Below, in pieces: positions 1 to 14,152 of a stretch of DNA of 64,000 bases. Below the pieces are notes generated by a model. It did no database searches, had not been told where the DNA came from, and saw nothing but the letters and a program-made list of their open reading frames with translations. The DNA comes from Antedon mediterranea. Lineage: Eukaryota > Animalia > Echinodermata. Every line of letters begins with the position of its first letter. The stretch's first letter is position 1. The position numbers and the translations under genes are program-made. The stretch lies in contig NC_092674.1 in assembly GCF_964355755.1 (NCBI RefSeq), positions 16,554,001-16,618,000 on the forward strand. The letters are read 5' to 3'.

Positions 1-1027
1 GTGTAATGTCAGTATATGAGAGTAATACAATTATGCATAATGTCAATTATGAATGCATTCTTAACTATTATAGTAATATAAGTAGCCCTAAGTAAAACAT
101 AGTTAAAGACGAAAACGAATCAAAAGACACGTTGATAAACCTAATTTAAAAGAACACATCAATCAATCAAAAGGCCAACATCTATCATACCTGTTAATTT
201 TCAATAAAAAAAAGAAAGATCAAAACAAATCTTTAGTATATTGTTTGTTTTCTGCTGAGAAATGTAATGCATATATCAAGAAAACGTAACGCTTCCTAAA
301 ATAAGTGTTTAGTCAATATTAATATACGCGTTACATGACAGGAAATTAAGGTACATTCCGCTCACAGCCTTCACCTGAAGTTTATGTCCACTATCCTTTC
401 TTTTAATTTATTTGTTTTACCTCAAATAAAAAATTTAAAGTGAAAAAGCCTAATAGAAAGCAGTATACAGTAACACGTCTTAAGCTGCTGCCAGTTGTGA
501 AGATATGATAAAAATGTTGATTTCAGAAAATCGCGCGTTCAAATTTCATTAAAATGCAACATGACGTTACATAACATTATGTTTGTACATTCTAATGAGA
601 TATGACGTTTTCAAAATAATGTATAATCTTCCTAATTTTACAAACTTTTTAAAGTTAAGCCTACATGTGCGCAATTTGTCACATTAAATGTGCTCGTATA
701 ACCAGCATTGATGTCGAATAATAGTCCTAAGGTTTGACAAATGCACTTCAGATTGTGCTTTAAAAAAGTGCGCACGTAACGCATTGGAATTTACGAAACG
801 CCTCAAAAAGATTTTAAACTCTTATCCATCAAAAACATTTAATAATTTTTTTAAACATTTGTTTAAAATTTGACACATAGGCCTACTTACATGCATAATC
901 TGCCATTCTTTGATAACGCATGACTTGAAGTTTGTGACTACTTTAATTCTAGGGGTCCAGTTATGAAATATTGTAAAAACCTTTTTTTAATTCAATTTGA
1001 ATAGAAAACAACGATAGGCCTACGGTA

Positions 1028-1364
1028 GAAACTAATACTTTAGAGACATTGTCTAACTAAAACAACACATTTTTACATTTGCGGGTGGCGGGTGACATGT
1101 TTTTACATTTGTGATATTAGGTTGCCTAGAATACAAAGTATTCCATGATTTGTTTTAATTCTAGCGGCGTATGTTGCGTGCGCGACACATGAGTTGAAAC
1201 TAATACTTTAGAGACATTGTCTAACTAAAACAACACATTTTTACATTTGCGGGTGGCGGGTGACATGTTTTTACATTTGTGATATTAGGTTGCCTAGAAT
1301 ACAAAGTATTCCATGATTTGTTTTAATTCTAGCGGCGTATGTTGCGTGCGCGACACATGAGTTG
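1028..1364 (+). repeat. 168-bp tandem duplication
   Basis: gaaactaatactttagagac...gcgacacatgagttg starts at 1028 and 1196; the copies look identical. Confidence 0.9.
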
Positions 1365-2364
1365 CGTTCTAACACTCACTTCCCGTCAAAGCGAAATCAA
1401 AACGAACAAGTACGGTAGAGCAACTGTTCACTGAACTACGCTGTTACGCAAAAGAATCCGTTAAAGATGTATTGTCCCCTTGGACATTTTTTCTTGTTTT
1501 TGTTGAATATGCCATTTTAATATCACATAATAGTTCACTTTGACCAAAAATTGGATTGGAAAAAAGATGTATTCACCTGAAAAACTGTAATTTAAAGCAA
1601 AACTTAGAACTTAACAATTTATTTTGTCATATTTTTACATATTGGTGATAAAACTTTGTTGTGTACTGTGATTATGTTTAAAGTTGGCGTTCAAATACGA
1701 TGGTAATATTTTATGAACAGTACCTATTTAATTTGAACAACTCTATTTCAACATTCAAAATCTTAATTTGTCTATCTCTTTTTGTCCAACATTTTTCTTT
1801 TACTTTTTTGTGATGGCAAAATACCATGATGAACATGCGTAATCAAAATGATGTTGAATACGAGCAGAACATTTTCTGGCGTTTTAAGGAATGATGCCTG
1901 TCTATATAACAACTTTTGTCTGGTACCAATTTTGTTTACAACTAGCAACATTTTCACTTGTTAACGACTGGTCAAGTGATAGATAGGTAATTTAAACAAG
2001 ACGATTCCTTAATGAAAACTCCATTAGGCCTACAACTGACCAAAAACTCATTCAATTGCTTTACTTTGTGATTAGTTCAAAATAGAATAGCTTCTGTTTT
2101 ACCACTTAAGTGAATTGATACTTTGTTGTTGACCAACTATTCATTACATGAATCTAGTTATCTAGGCTACTTTATTTATTAGCAAATGAGATCGGATCGT
2201 TGTTTGACATATTTAAAACACTGTCGTCTGCATATAGCAGAAGCTTACTTGGCATGTCATTAACGTAGCAAAGAAAAAGCAGGGATCCATTGTAATCGAT
2301 CAGGATAGGAAGCGTTTTCGAGATATAAGAGGTCAAAGTTCAAAATTGACCAATTACAACAGTG

Positions 2365-2398
<34 letters not shown>

Positions 2399-3597
2399 TA
2401 ATAGTTCATTCTTATATAGCGCATATAACCAAGCTTTCAAGTATTCTAACCAATTTATTGAAACACAATTTGGTCTTTTCTTACATTTTTATGATTATAT
2501 GTATCTATTCAATCACCTTATGAAAAAAAAATCCTTCGCGATTAAAAGTCAAATGTCAATATTGTCCAATCATAGAACTTACCTATAAAACCAAATAAAA
2601 ACTAACAATTAACATAAAATTTTATGTAAAATAGTCCGCCAGCAAAGGGTTTAACTTGCAATGTTTTCTATATTTTTTTTGTATGGATTTTGATTCTTGA
2701 TACCATCAGAATGAAGAAGAATTTTTTTTAGTGGATGGCTGTCAGCATTGAGCAATTTACATAATTAGCAAAAACAAAATTCCCGCTATTTTCATAAAAT
2801 ATGCTATATATCTGGAAATACTGGACGTAGTGAGATATTGTTGGTGTCAAATTGTTCACAATGTATATGTTTATATTAGCTCTAGTAGATTTTTTTTTCT
2901 AAAATTGACCGGAAACTCAATTTTTAGCAATTTTGACCTTTGACCTTTTCGCTATATCTAAGTAACGGTAGGTCGGAGAGAAAACAAAACTAGGAGCAGA
3001 TTGTTTTCAAGATATACATTTATATTCAGTTTAACAGATGATATTGCTTGAAAATTACCGGAAGTGTGGTTATTGACCTTTCACATAATTAAACAAGTTT
3101 ATTCTATATTATAATAACATAAATTAATTTGTCGTAGGGAGCTAATTTTGGTGTCAAATTGTTCGCAAGATATATGTTTATACTTTTTTTCCCAAAAGTG
3201 ACCGGAACATGTAATTTTTGTGTATTAGCATTTGACCCGCTTTTCTCAATAACGACATATAGTCCAGATCCCTATGTCAAAAAAAGTGCCTTCGTGTGCA
3301 GATCATGGGGAAAGTGTAAACATTGTGTTTTATGAATATTTGAATCATGCTGGTTATAAAAACCCATGTTGTCAAATTTCTAAAATTCATCTTTGACCTC
3401 TGACCTCAATTTGAATGTTTTAACCCATTGAAAACAAAATGGTCATATCTTTGCAACGCTTAGATTAAATGAAATAATTTTAGTGTCAAATTATTTGGGA
3501 GTAGTTGTCCAGGGGGTAGTTGTCCTAAGGGGGTATTTGTCCGGGGGGGTATTTGTCCGGGGGGGGGGGGTAGTTGTCCTAAAGGGGTAGTTGTCAT

Positions 3598-5197
3598 CAG
3601 GGGTGGCGCCAGGATCTTCCCGACGCGGGGGCTACATTCCCCGACGAGGGGGCTATGCGAGCATCACTAGGCTGGGGGCCAGGGGGACGCCAAGGGCCCG
3701 GTGGGGGTCCAGGGGGCGACGCCCCCGGAAGCAATGCGTTCTAGCGTCATTTGAGGTCTTTTTAATCAGATTTAGGGTAGCCATTTTTTCCATTTTTTAT
3801 AATGCATAAATAAAATACTGCGTGCAAAAAAACGATGCGCGATGACTGTTTCAATCCATATTTTTCAATTTAAAAATTAAAAGTTCAAAGAAAATTTAGA
3901 AAAATAGAGTTGGAGGTCCCGGAAATTGGACTTATTATACTTCAAAACATGAAAACAAATTTATAAGTCCCTATCATGGTTGTGACTGAGCTAAGAAATG
4001 TTTGAAAAATAGAGATGTTAGGTCCCGGAAAATGTACTTCTTGTTCTTCGAAATATGACCAGCTTTATTGTTGAGGCTGAGCTAAGAAAATGTTTAAAAC
4101 TAGAGCTGCAGGTCTTCAAAAAATTGCATTTTATACTTTGGAAACATCAGGCCTAGAGGCTTAAAAAAACGCAAGCGTAGACCTTTTTCAGTCGGGGAAA
4201 TAAGTTTATTCCTCCCAGGTGTATGCATGCGTACCATCTGGACTTCCGAGTGGTGAGAAATTCATGACATACAGGATATTGAAAATGTAATAACTTAGCT
4301 ATTATAAAGATGTTGGCTAAGCAAAAATGGCATGTTTTTTTGTTTAGTAATGGATGAAAAATTTATTTTAGGTGCCCCACGGTACAGAAGGTTACTTGTA
4401 AATTAAAAAATTGGTGAACATACGAAAAATTAACATAATTCGTTTTTGCTGTAGTGTAGCGTACGTCGACGCAGTACACGACGTAACCGTCGGTAAACTT
4501 CGCCTGGAAAATAACTACAGTACACATTTTGGTCCCTGGAGGGAACATGATATTACGCGTCTCGACCCAACGTTGAACGATTCGTACAAAGGGATACCGC
4601 CAGACAAGTGCGTACCTAGCTATTGTTTAGTAGTAAGTTAGATCGCTGGCAATAATGAATGCATATAAAGTGCATAATATCACTCTGACGTACTCTCACG
4701 GTCAATGAAACGTCGCGGTTTTCTAGGCGCTGAAGCTAGCTACGAAGTGAACGCGAACGCTTTTTACTGTACAGGTATATTATATTCCCCGACAAAAAGT
4801 ACACGCGTTTCCTTCGGTAACCGTCGGTAAACTTCGCCTGGAAAATAACTACATTACACATTTTGGTCCCTGGATGAAACTTGATATCACGCGTCTCGAC
4901 CCAACGTTGAACGATTCGTACAAAGGGATACCGCCAGACAAGTGCGTACCTAGCTAATGTTTAGTAGTAAGTTAGATCGCTGGCAATAATGAATGCATAA
5001 AAGTGCATATTAGCCCTCTGACGTACTCTCACGGTCAATGGAACGTCGTGGTTTTCTAGGCGCTGAAGCTATATGAAGTGAACGCGAACGTTTTTTACTG
5101 TATATTATATTCCCCGACAAAAAGTACCCGTGTTCCCCGACGGGGGGGCTAGGCTTAGAGCCCCCGTAGCCCCCCCCCCCCGCTGGCGCCACCACTG
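3598..5197. mobile_element. hAT-like non-autonomous element
   Basis: 15-bp TIRs CAGGGGTGGCGCCAG / CTGGCGCCACCACTG (same ends as 9008-10581), subterminal CCCCGACG repeats and an internal ~330-bp tandem duplication (about 4484-5125). No 8-bp TSD visible. Interrupts a GGGGTAGTTGTCC tandem tract (about 3497-3597). Confidence 0.75.
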
Positions 5198-5804
5198 ATC
5201 CGGATACGATATAATTATGGCTCTGCTCCATGGCTCACATGGCGCCACCCATTAGCTTTATTCTATCCCACAATGCCTTTCGAAATTGTTACGCGCTTCG
5301 GACGAACAGGAGATTCTTGTGTTATAAGCAAAGATCTTATATACTAAAGATGTGACACTTCCCGCGTTTACGCGTAACACTTTAGAAGCGTCAAATTATA
5401 GTGCGCCCCCTCGCTTAAACAAGTAACGAACTTTTGCGTGACGATGATCGCACAGTATTCTTTAGAAAATGGGATTGAGGAGTCGCGCCAAAGTTTGAAT
5501 GGTTAAGAAACAATGAATGAAAAGAGAAAAAGTGGAGGGATGTACTGTACTATTTGTATTGTTCCCTGGTTATATTACTTATCCGTTGAGTAGCCATAAC
5601 AAACAATTTTTAATTGAATCTTATACTTAAAATTTATGAAATTCAACCGTTAGTTATTTAGTGGTTTTAGGTTAGGTTTAAGTATTTGATTTTAGGCCCT
5701 AACCAATTTGAAAATCAATTAGCATGCACGTAGACGTCCTATAATTACGTAAACGTTAATTATGATAAAGCAAAAACTCACTAGACAATATTATTAATTT
5801 ACAG

Positions 5805-5988
5805 GTGTGCAAAATGGGCCCAGAACACACGACGCGCGGATTTGAGAACGAAACCAAGTTCCTATTTACACCGTAATTGCCACTTGTGCAATATTCATTT
5901 CGAAGAATCTCAAATACTGATGGTCACAAGAAGATTGTATGGAATGCCGTCCCTACAATATTTGATGTCCCAAATCCACCACACCAAG
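5805..5988 (+). pseudogene. THAP zinc-finger domain remnant (frameshifted)
   Basis: After a tttacAG acceptor: CAKWAQNTRRADL...LCNIHFEESQ, then in another frame KKIVWNAVPTIFDVPNPP (W, CxxHF and the AVPTIF box of THAP). A possible first-exon remnant MNEKRKSGGMYC lies near 5513. Confidence 0.8.
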
Positions 5989-7374
5989 TAGTTAATGTCC
6001 TATCTATCTGTGAAAGATTTTTGTTTCTAACTTTAACAAATACTGTATTTTTAAAAATGTATATGAATGTAAATGTGGTTACTTCTTAACATCAAAATAA
6101 TCTTAGTCTTATGTATATACTGTTCAAAAGATATGTATTTTTTAACAATGTACCTTATAAATAAGAGAAATATATAAATGTGCATATATACATATATTAT
6201 TTATATTTATAGAACTATAATAAAAGTGGGACGAACCCACACAAGACAAAAAAAAAACTTTAACAAATACTTACATACATCAAACATCAGCAGAAAAATA
6301 AAGTTAAAAATCGCTACCATGTTACATAGATTTGGTATGAAGTTGAATCTTTGTTCACCAGCAATTGAAACATTGCTAATTGAAACGTACGTAAACCTAC
6401 GCATATTCTTCAACAGAGACATAATCAGTGATAAGAAGAACAGTAAAAAATTAATTAAAGTATCACATTTATGAGGTATGGTAAAGTTGTAGGAGGTCTG
6501 TACGCGCCCCGGTCTGTGCATTATCGGCTAGAAATGATGATCATTACGACGGTCTGGTATGATGATTGAATAATTGTAAATATGATGATTTTATTTCAAT
6601 GTTTCTACATTTTTTATATTTCTTTTGGGTGGCCTGTGCATCATTTTCGCAATAGTTATTGAGTTAATTTTAAACTGAGACTACTATAACATAACTAATT
6701 GTTATCTCAGGTTTTAAATAAATTATGATAATAAATAATGAATGTCATGGCGAATGATGGGTACATGTATGCCTAGTATGAATTGTCTCAGAATTGACTA
6801 TCATAATCTGTTTCATATCATGCCTGTAGGCTTAAGCCTGTGATTGTTTATAAATATATTCCGAAAAATTACTGCAATAAAATAGTCGAAGTAGTGATTT
6901 TAAAAAGTGACTTCTTGTTCTTTTTTAATTGTTTATAACACACTATTTGACTACTATATTTTCCTAATCTGCACTGTTTTGCTGCTGGATGAAAAAGAAG
7001 AACACATCAAGAACAAAAACGGAATACGATGCGCTTAGTGTTAATACCAGAGCAGACTCGCATAAATAAGTAGTAGTGCGGATGATGTGAGTGATGATTA
7101 CTCCTAGATGATGATTTTGAGGATGATGATAAACATTCAATAATAACAACAATATTCAGTAATTAAAACAAATAGAGATATACAAAGTACAGGAAATAAG
7201 TCTATCATTATAATTTAATCGCACATTACCGCAATTATTGTGATGAAAAAAATTGAGTATTCAGTTACAACACAGTAGACATATCTGATCCATAAATCTA
7301 CTTGTTTGAGCGAGGGCGCTCTATAAAATGAGCTCCATGCACGTAAAATTCCGAGAGTGTCCCATCTTTAGTAT

Positions 7375-10300
7375 ATTTTTGATATTGATCAAGGAGTAAA
7401 GCAAGGGTGCGTTTTATCACCTGTTTTATTTAGCATCTACATAAATGAGTTTACCAAAATGTTAAGATCCAAGGATATAGGTATTAGAGTAAATGATACA
7501 TGGATGGGTAGCCTTTTTTGGGCTGATGATATTGTATTATTAGCTAACAATGAACTGGAAATGAAAAGAATGTTAGACCTTGCAGGAAATTTTGCTAAGG
7601 AATGGAAATTATGCTTTAATTTTGAAAAGTCAAATATACTGATAACTGGTAAACGTGTTGATAAAGTAAGACAATGGAAATTAGGTAATGGCTTTATATC
7701 TGAAACTGAATCATATAAATATCTCGGTGTACATATTTCTAGTAAATTAAATGATGACCATATACAAATTGAGAATGTTATAAAAAAAGGTCAAAGATTA
7801 ACAGAGTATATTATGGGGATACTCTGTGGAGATCGATAGTTCTCCAATCTATCAACTATGGTTGTTCAGTATGGTGCTCTTTAAGTAGAATAGATATAGA
7901 TAAACTAGAGCGTCTCCAGCTCCAAATGGCGCGTTACGGTATATCTTAAAAGCACCTCGAAATACACCTTGTGCCGCCTTATATGGAGAGCTTGGTTGGT
8001 CTCCAATTAACGATATTCATAACGCTCTTCGTATGAAATACTTCCATAGAATTATAAAGATGGAAAACTATCGATGGCCAAAAATTATGTTTATTGGAAT
8101 GCTACAACTTAATTGTGAATTTAAAGACTTAAGGTATAAGTTTCTATCTTGTATAAACGATATTCTCTTGAAGTGTAATTGTGAATCCAAAAATATTTTC
8201 ACCACTCTCTCAAATTATAAAGAAGTCTACTTTCCAATTTATGAAATCTTAAGAAAACTTAACTATATAATGATAGATGAATGGAGAATTGAATTACAAA
8301 ATAAATCAAGTCTCCACATCTATGAAACATTAAAATCAAAACCTGGACTTAAAAATTTCTTAATTGATAAAACTAATTTTGAAGGTGCTGCATTAAAATT
8401 TAAAGCTCGTTCAAATACTCTACCTTTGAATGATAGAACTGCAAATTGGAATATTGATAATAATAAAAAATGTAAATTGTGCGGTACAAATTCGGACGAA
8501 GACATCCATCATTTCATCCTTAATTGTCCAGCTTTAAATAATATACGTAATCAGGAATTATTTAATTTATATGTGGATATGTATAGAAATCGCAGCAAAG
8601 ATATGTTTGATACTTTTTATACTTCTCATGAAAATGACAAACTTAAATATATTTTGGGATACTCAGATAATTTAATTGATGAAGAGTGTGAAAATATTTT
8701 GGATAGTTTTTGTAAAAGATACCTAAAACAAGCATGGAAATTTCGAAATGATTCACTGAATTCCATGACTCAATAACTATGTTATCTACATTGCTACATT
8801 AAGTAAATTGAAAAAAAAAGTGGTTCGTAATAAGCTGTGTTTATCAGTTGATTTTATTTTATTTTATACACTTTTACTATATCTTGTTTTGTATTCATTG
8901 TGTAAAGTAATGATCTACTGTACGTATCGATGTAAATTGGGGGGGGGGGGGGGATAGGAGTTGATAGTTGCTTTTGCCTTTTTTTACTTTTCTGTTAGTG
9001 TTAATTGCAGTGGTGGCGCCAGGATTTCCCCGACGGGGGGGCCGAATTCCCCGACAGGGGGGCCGAATTCCCCCACGGAATTTTTTTTTGAAAAAATAGA
9101 TGCTTACACACTGTTTAATGGGCTAGAGCAACTGTTTCCATTTACATTTAATAACAATGTCACATAATAATGTAAATTTAAATAAATCTTTCCTAAATAC
9201 TCTAATTAATACGGATCTTTTTCGACGAACTAATAATAAACTTTGATCCAAAAATGCCTCGATAGTGCATGTGTTTAGTGTACGACTGTGCTTTGGTGGT
9301 CTGTTAACCTCAGATATATACCCTATAGCCGGGTGAATAACTCAATGTAATTTAGTACCGTATACAATGATGATTGCCGTAATCGCCGTGTCTATAACAC
9401 AAATCAATAAAATGCCGTTTTTTCGGCCGTGTACATAGAACAAGACATTTCATGTTTATGTTATGCCTATAAAATAATAATAAAAAGAACGTCATGTTTA
9501 TCGTTTTTTTTATCGTTTATACTGCATACCATTATATAAAAAACCTTCTTACGCGAGAAAAAAGTTCACGATATTACACTCTACTCTGTACAGGGGTGTA
9601 AATATACAGGTCCACGCTAACGCTTGCACACGCACCAGGGCGGAAAATGGTGTATTTTTGGAGAGTGATGACGTCAGCATTCACACGAGGAGCGAGCTAA
9701 GACAACGTGATGCTGGTAGTGGGAGTGCATGTGTTTTGAAAATAACTCAGTTGTGGGTATTTTCCGAAGATTTTAAATTGCGTTTTCTTTTTAAACTCTT
9801 GAATTCATAAATAGTTCTTTCACTATGTAGGCCTATTTACACAACTATAGCTCTAGCCTACTCTTCTTAATTCAAAGAGTCAAGTGCGCCGAATCCGCGT
9901 CTAGCGACGGTCACGGGTTTGTTGCATCTTTTTTTTCCCTTTAGAAGTAAGCCACCCTATTCACCCACCTACCCTAGATCGAGATTTATGCGCGAAAAGA
10001 AACGTGACCAGACCCTGTTTTATGGTTCGGGCCAACCGCTTCCTTTTCCCAATCGAACCCCCACCCAAACCCCTTTAATCGACAGCGAACATATACGCAA
10101 GGGTTATTGGTAAATTGAAACAATTCGTAAACTCAACCGTGAGAACATAACTCGTACCTTTATCCCTGTATGAACGTACGTCGATGCGTAGTTGCAAATG
10201 AATTTTCGATTTTTGCCTGGAATCTGAAAAATACATATTTTGGTCCCTGGATGTAATATGATACAGCCCAGATATGTCGACGCGTATACCGCAGTGAGTG

Positions 10301-10668
10301 AAAGATTCGTACAAACAGACACCGCCAGACAAATGCGTACCACATACTGTTTACTTCGCTGTCAGTATACCGTACGTACGTCAAAAATGGAATGCCGCAG
10401 TTACTTAAAATATATAGTAGTACACTTAATATTGTTTTATTTTTTACCAGAAAAGAAATGATCCTATTTTTCTTCCCGACAAATATGGCCAATACTCCCC
10501 GACGGGGGGGCCAGCTTTCCCCGACGGGGGGCCCTGGCCCCCCGCCCCCCCCCCCCCCCCCCCCCGCTGGCGCCACCACTGGTTAATTGTTATATTTTAT
10601 ATGGTCAAGGATGCACCTTTGTGCTAAGTGTGCCACCGATCTAAAGGTATAATTCCAAATAAATAAAT
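7375..10668 (+). mobile_element. 5'-truncated non-LTR retrotransposon (RTE-X-like), broken ORF2 plus 3' UTR split by a hAT MITE
   Basis: RT motifs GVKQGCVLSPVLFSIYIN, LFWADDIVLLA and YKYLG (about 7380-7800). C-terminal CCHC CKLC...EDIHHFILNC in ORF 8033-8776. (TAAA)n tail at about 10657-10668. Clade call is tentative. Confidence 0.8.
9008..10581. mobile_element. hAT non-autonomous element (1574 bp)
   Basis: Perfect 15-bp TIR CAGTGGTGGCGCCAG; 8-bp TSD GTTAATTG at 9000-9007 and 10582-10589; subterminal TTCCCCGACGGGGGG repeats. Confidence 0.92.
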
Positions 10669-10763
10669 AGTATATACGATCTTTGGTTATAAGTTCTTTG
10701 CTGTGCGTCTAGTAAACTTTTTTTGGTCGTCGTCATCGGAGGGCGTGTGAGACAATAAAATAA

Positions 10764-11024
<261 letters not shown>

Positions 11025-11433
11025 TGAGTGATTACTTACTGTCTAGGCCTAGACTAGAGCTAGCCTGGGCAAGGCCTATGTCCTACTGCCTAGTAGAGTA
11101 GTGTTACAGATCATTTCGGTCGCGTTTGAAATCGGTCGAGTTTCAAATCGGTCGTGTATATGGCATACCAAATGTGCCTTGTATAATTTTCTTTGTTTGC
11201 TTATTCATCTTACCTCTGTCAGACTGTATGCGCTACGTACATGATTCAAGCCCCAAACTGTACAAAAACATTTTTTTTTTGGCAAATCATAGAAGGGTAG
11301 GCTTCCATTGATGATTGAAGAAACGGAAAATGTGATATATATGTTATGTACCCAATCTATCATTAGGGTTACCAATGTTGTCTCCATTGTTATTGCCACG
11401 ATTCAACTCTGCGTACGTTATCATTGACAGCCG

Positions 11434-13381
11434 CTACGCTCGCGCTAAACGTTCGCCAATTCGCCAATGGCGACTGGAGTCTCCATTTGGCGAAAATAAG
11501 TATTGCCTCGTTCGTCAAAATGGTGAAAATACATTTTCAAGCCTAGGCCTAACCTGGTCGGAGAAGTAGCCACACTTCGGTACTTTCTGACAACACAATC
11601 ACGGTCACTGACTCGGGTACACTTTTTACCACCACAGCATTTTATGTGACATCACGATCGCCATGTTCATTTTTTTAGTTCTGTTTATACATGTGCAGAG
11701 CGTGCGATTACGTTTTAATGACACACAGTTAATGTGATTGGTTAGCCGTTGACGTGATGATTAGCTAATAAAAGGGGAAGTCCCTATTCTTTGACGCAGA
11801 AAATGAACTTCTAGAAGAAAATGTAAACAGAAACATGTAGATGAATACTTCCGTAAACGTATAATTGGTTATGTTTTGTTGTTGGTGTATTTGAATCATT
11901 AGAAATAGAGAAAGTATGCCTAGTACATATTTCAGGACCGAATAAACACAGCGAAAAGAAATGAGTTAATTGTTTTTATATATAAAAAAATATTAATTTG
12001 TGTCATTAGGTACTTCGGCCGATAGCAGCGTATTATTGATTTTATTTTGGCCGTTTATACAGTTATTCCTACTACTTGAAGTCATTATAATATGAAATAA
12101 AAATATAGATTTTACTTTGAAATTGCGTGAAAGGCTTTGCCTACTCTTGTTTTAATATTTTATTTTATTCAAAAGGCTGTTCTTTTATTTAAAAAGGGGC
12201 CAAAATATCATCGTTGAGACAGTATTAATGGGGTTATATTGTAGTTGTAAGATGTTTTACTTAAAGCTGTTGGTTTTCATTTTCTGTTACGTGTACTGGT
12301 TTGCGTCGGCTGCAGCCGGAGAAGAAGTGACAATGACGTACTGTACTAGGCCTAGCTAGAGTAAAGAACTTTTATCTATATCATACTATCACCTACTCAC
12401 TAGCAGCCTAAAATACAGTAGTCCAGAGTAGCTTGTAGTTTAGTACACTACCTGGCTCAGGCCGTCCATATTCTCCTTCATTGTATCGCGTGGCATTGTG
12501 TAGTATGTACACTAACCCAGCTTACTAGCTAACTACACTCGCCAGGCACCCTAGCTCTATCTAGCTATGTATGCACTGCCACTAGGCCTAGCCTATTTCG
12601 GCTCTCATGTCTTGCAGCATCTGAAAATTATCCTCAGTGAAAATATTTTTTAAAATTTTATTTTTTGGTTGAATATGCCGTGTAGTGATTTTAATTGTCA
12701 AAAACATGATCGTCAGTCGATGGCTCGGGAGTTTCGATAAAACGCGTGGTGTGGAAAACACTCTCCTCAGCAAGTTTGCTTTATTATAATATGCAAGACA
12801 CTGTGACGACCGCTTTAACGTGACGTCATTTTACTTTAGCTGCATTCGAAGAAGTAGTCGCGCATAGCCGCCCCGGTCGTCCGCCGGATATGTGTGTGTG
12901 TTTCCCATTTTGATTTGTATCATCAGTTTTCTAGCAATAGTTAATAGGCATAGTGCCTATAATTGATATTTATAATTAACTTCGCTAGTAGGGTTGTACA
13001 TTATTGTCATACGGTAGGAGGATGTTTTATTTTATTTACAAAGTGAATTATTATCATTTGGTTAATAATAATATTCATGTTCAAGTATAGCCAACACTGG
13101 TGGCGCCGGCGGGCACGACGCACGATCGCATCTAGGCCTAACCGGCGAGTAGTAGTACCTTATTTATTTTCTTTCTTACAAGAGTTATATTTTTGTTCCG
13201 ACTTTGAATGTAAAAGAAGTAAAATAACTAACAAATACATGCATTAATTATTTGTTTAATAAACTCTTTTGCAAATTTTTATGTTTTTAAAATTTGGCTA
13301 AAGGATTTTCAATTTGGCTAATGTTTTTCAAAACCTTTCGCCATTTTGGCAAACGAAAATTTGACCTTAGCGCGAGCGTAG
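11434..13381. mobile_element. Probable hAT-like non-autonomous element
   Basis: Perfect 15-bp inverted repeat CTACGCTCGCGCTAA (11434-11448 / 13367-13381) with TCGCCA/TGGCGA subterminal repeats at both ends. No TSD resolved. Confidence 0.55.
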
Positions 13382-13659
13382 AGGCGTGCATTCCCTATTT
13401 TTTTGGTTGAAAAATATTTTTATCGGTTTCACCATGGTGGTCGACGATGGACGGCCCCGTCCACCACTCAGAATTGTCGACCATAGTTTTCATGACGCCG
13501 ATCACCACTATATTTACGCATGTTATGCTAAATTGTTCGTAACCTACTACTCCTACTACGATGTATTGTTATTATAATTATCAACACGTCGATCAGAGGG
13601 TAGGGTTATTAAACAACATTGTCATTGCCTTTAGAAAATGCATGGACAATGCAAATTAA

Positions 13660-14152
13660 AGATGAATTGTCCCTTGAAACACAAAATATTCTAAATTTAA
13701 ATTGGCCATATTCACTTTAAGTCGAAAATTCAAGCCAAAAACAACAAGTTTACGTAATTAACAGGTAAATTAATTTGATTACATTTCGTCTAAAAATCAT
13801 CGCAAGCAAAAGTAAACAAAGATTTCCAACCACGAGTATGCATTGTGCATGATGCTAATAAGGATTGTTTACAACTCGTCACGGTTGAGAAGCTGTTTTC
13901 ACATAGATCGAGAGAAAGTTTTATGATTATGCATACAGAGTAGCAAGACAAGCGCGTTGCATTATGAGATAGATATGTTTGATCGAAAACTTTGACTGGA
14001 AGGAAGTCAAAGTTATTTTTTGAACAAAAAGTTAAATGATTTTTTTTTTGGTGAAAGTTAATAACTATTATGATACTTCAAAATGATCCACTTTTTTTCG
14101 AAATCGGTTTTTTAAATATTTTTTGGGAATTGGTCAAAGGGATAATACATCT
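13660..14152. mobile_element. Kolobok-type MITE
   Basis: TTAA TSD (13656-13659, 14153-14156); TIRs AGATGAATTGTCCCTT / AAGGGATAATACATCT (14/16). A related left end lies at about 1461. Confidence 0.8.

Larger units (their letters stand above)
5329..10685 (+). mobile_element. P-element-like (P or hAT) THAP-bearing defective DNA transposon, host to nested insertions
   Basis: TIRs CAAAGATCTTATATACTA / TAGTATATACGATCTTTG (17/18). Perfect 8-bp TSD GTTATAAG at 5321-5328 and 10686-10693. Internal THAP remnant. Confidence 0.82.

Noticed and set aside
2260-3500. TE-like sequence with TGACCTTTGACC and TGACCGGAA motifs
   Set aside because: Probably a DNA-transposon remnant, but no paired termini or TSD were found, so it is not reported as a feature.
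6178-7152. ORFs and an acidic exon-like stretch inside the THAP element
   Set aside because: No P or hAT transposase motif recognised; stops are present; a product call cannot be supported.
10160-10586. Gly-rich and Pro-rich ORFs (also 3591-3809 and 5010-5231)
   Set aside because: These are translations of poly-C/G subterminal tracts of hAT MITEs.
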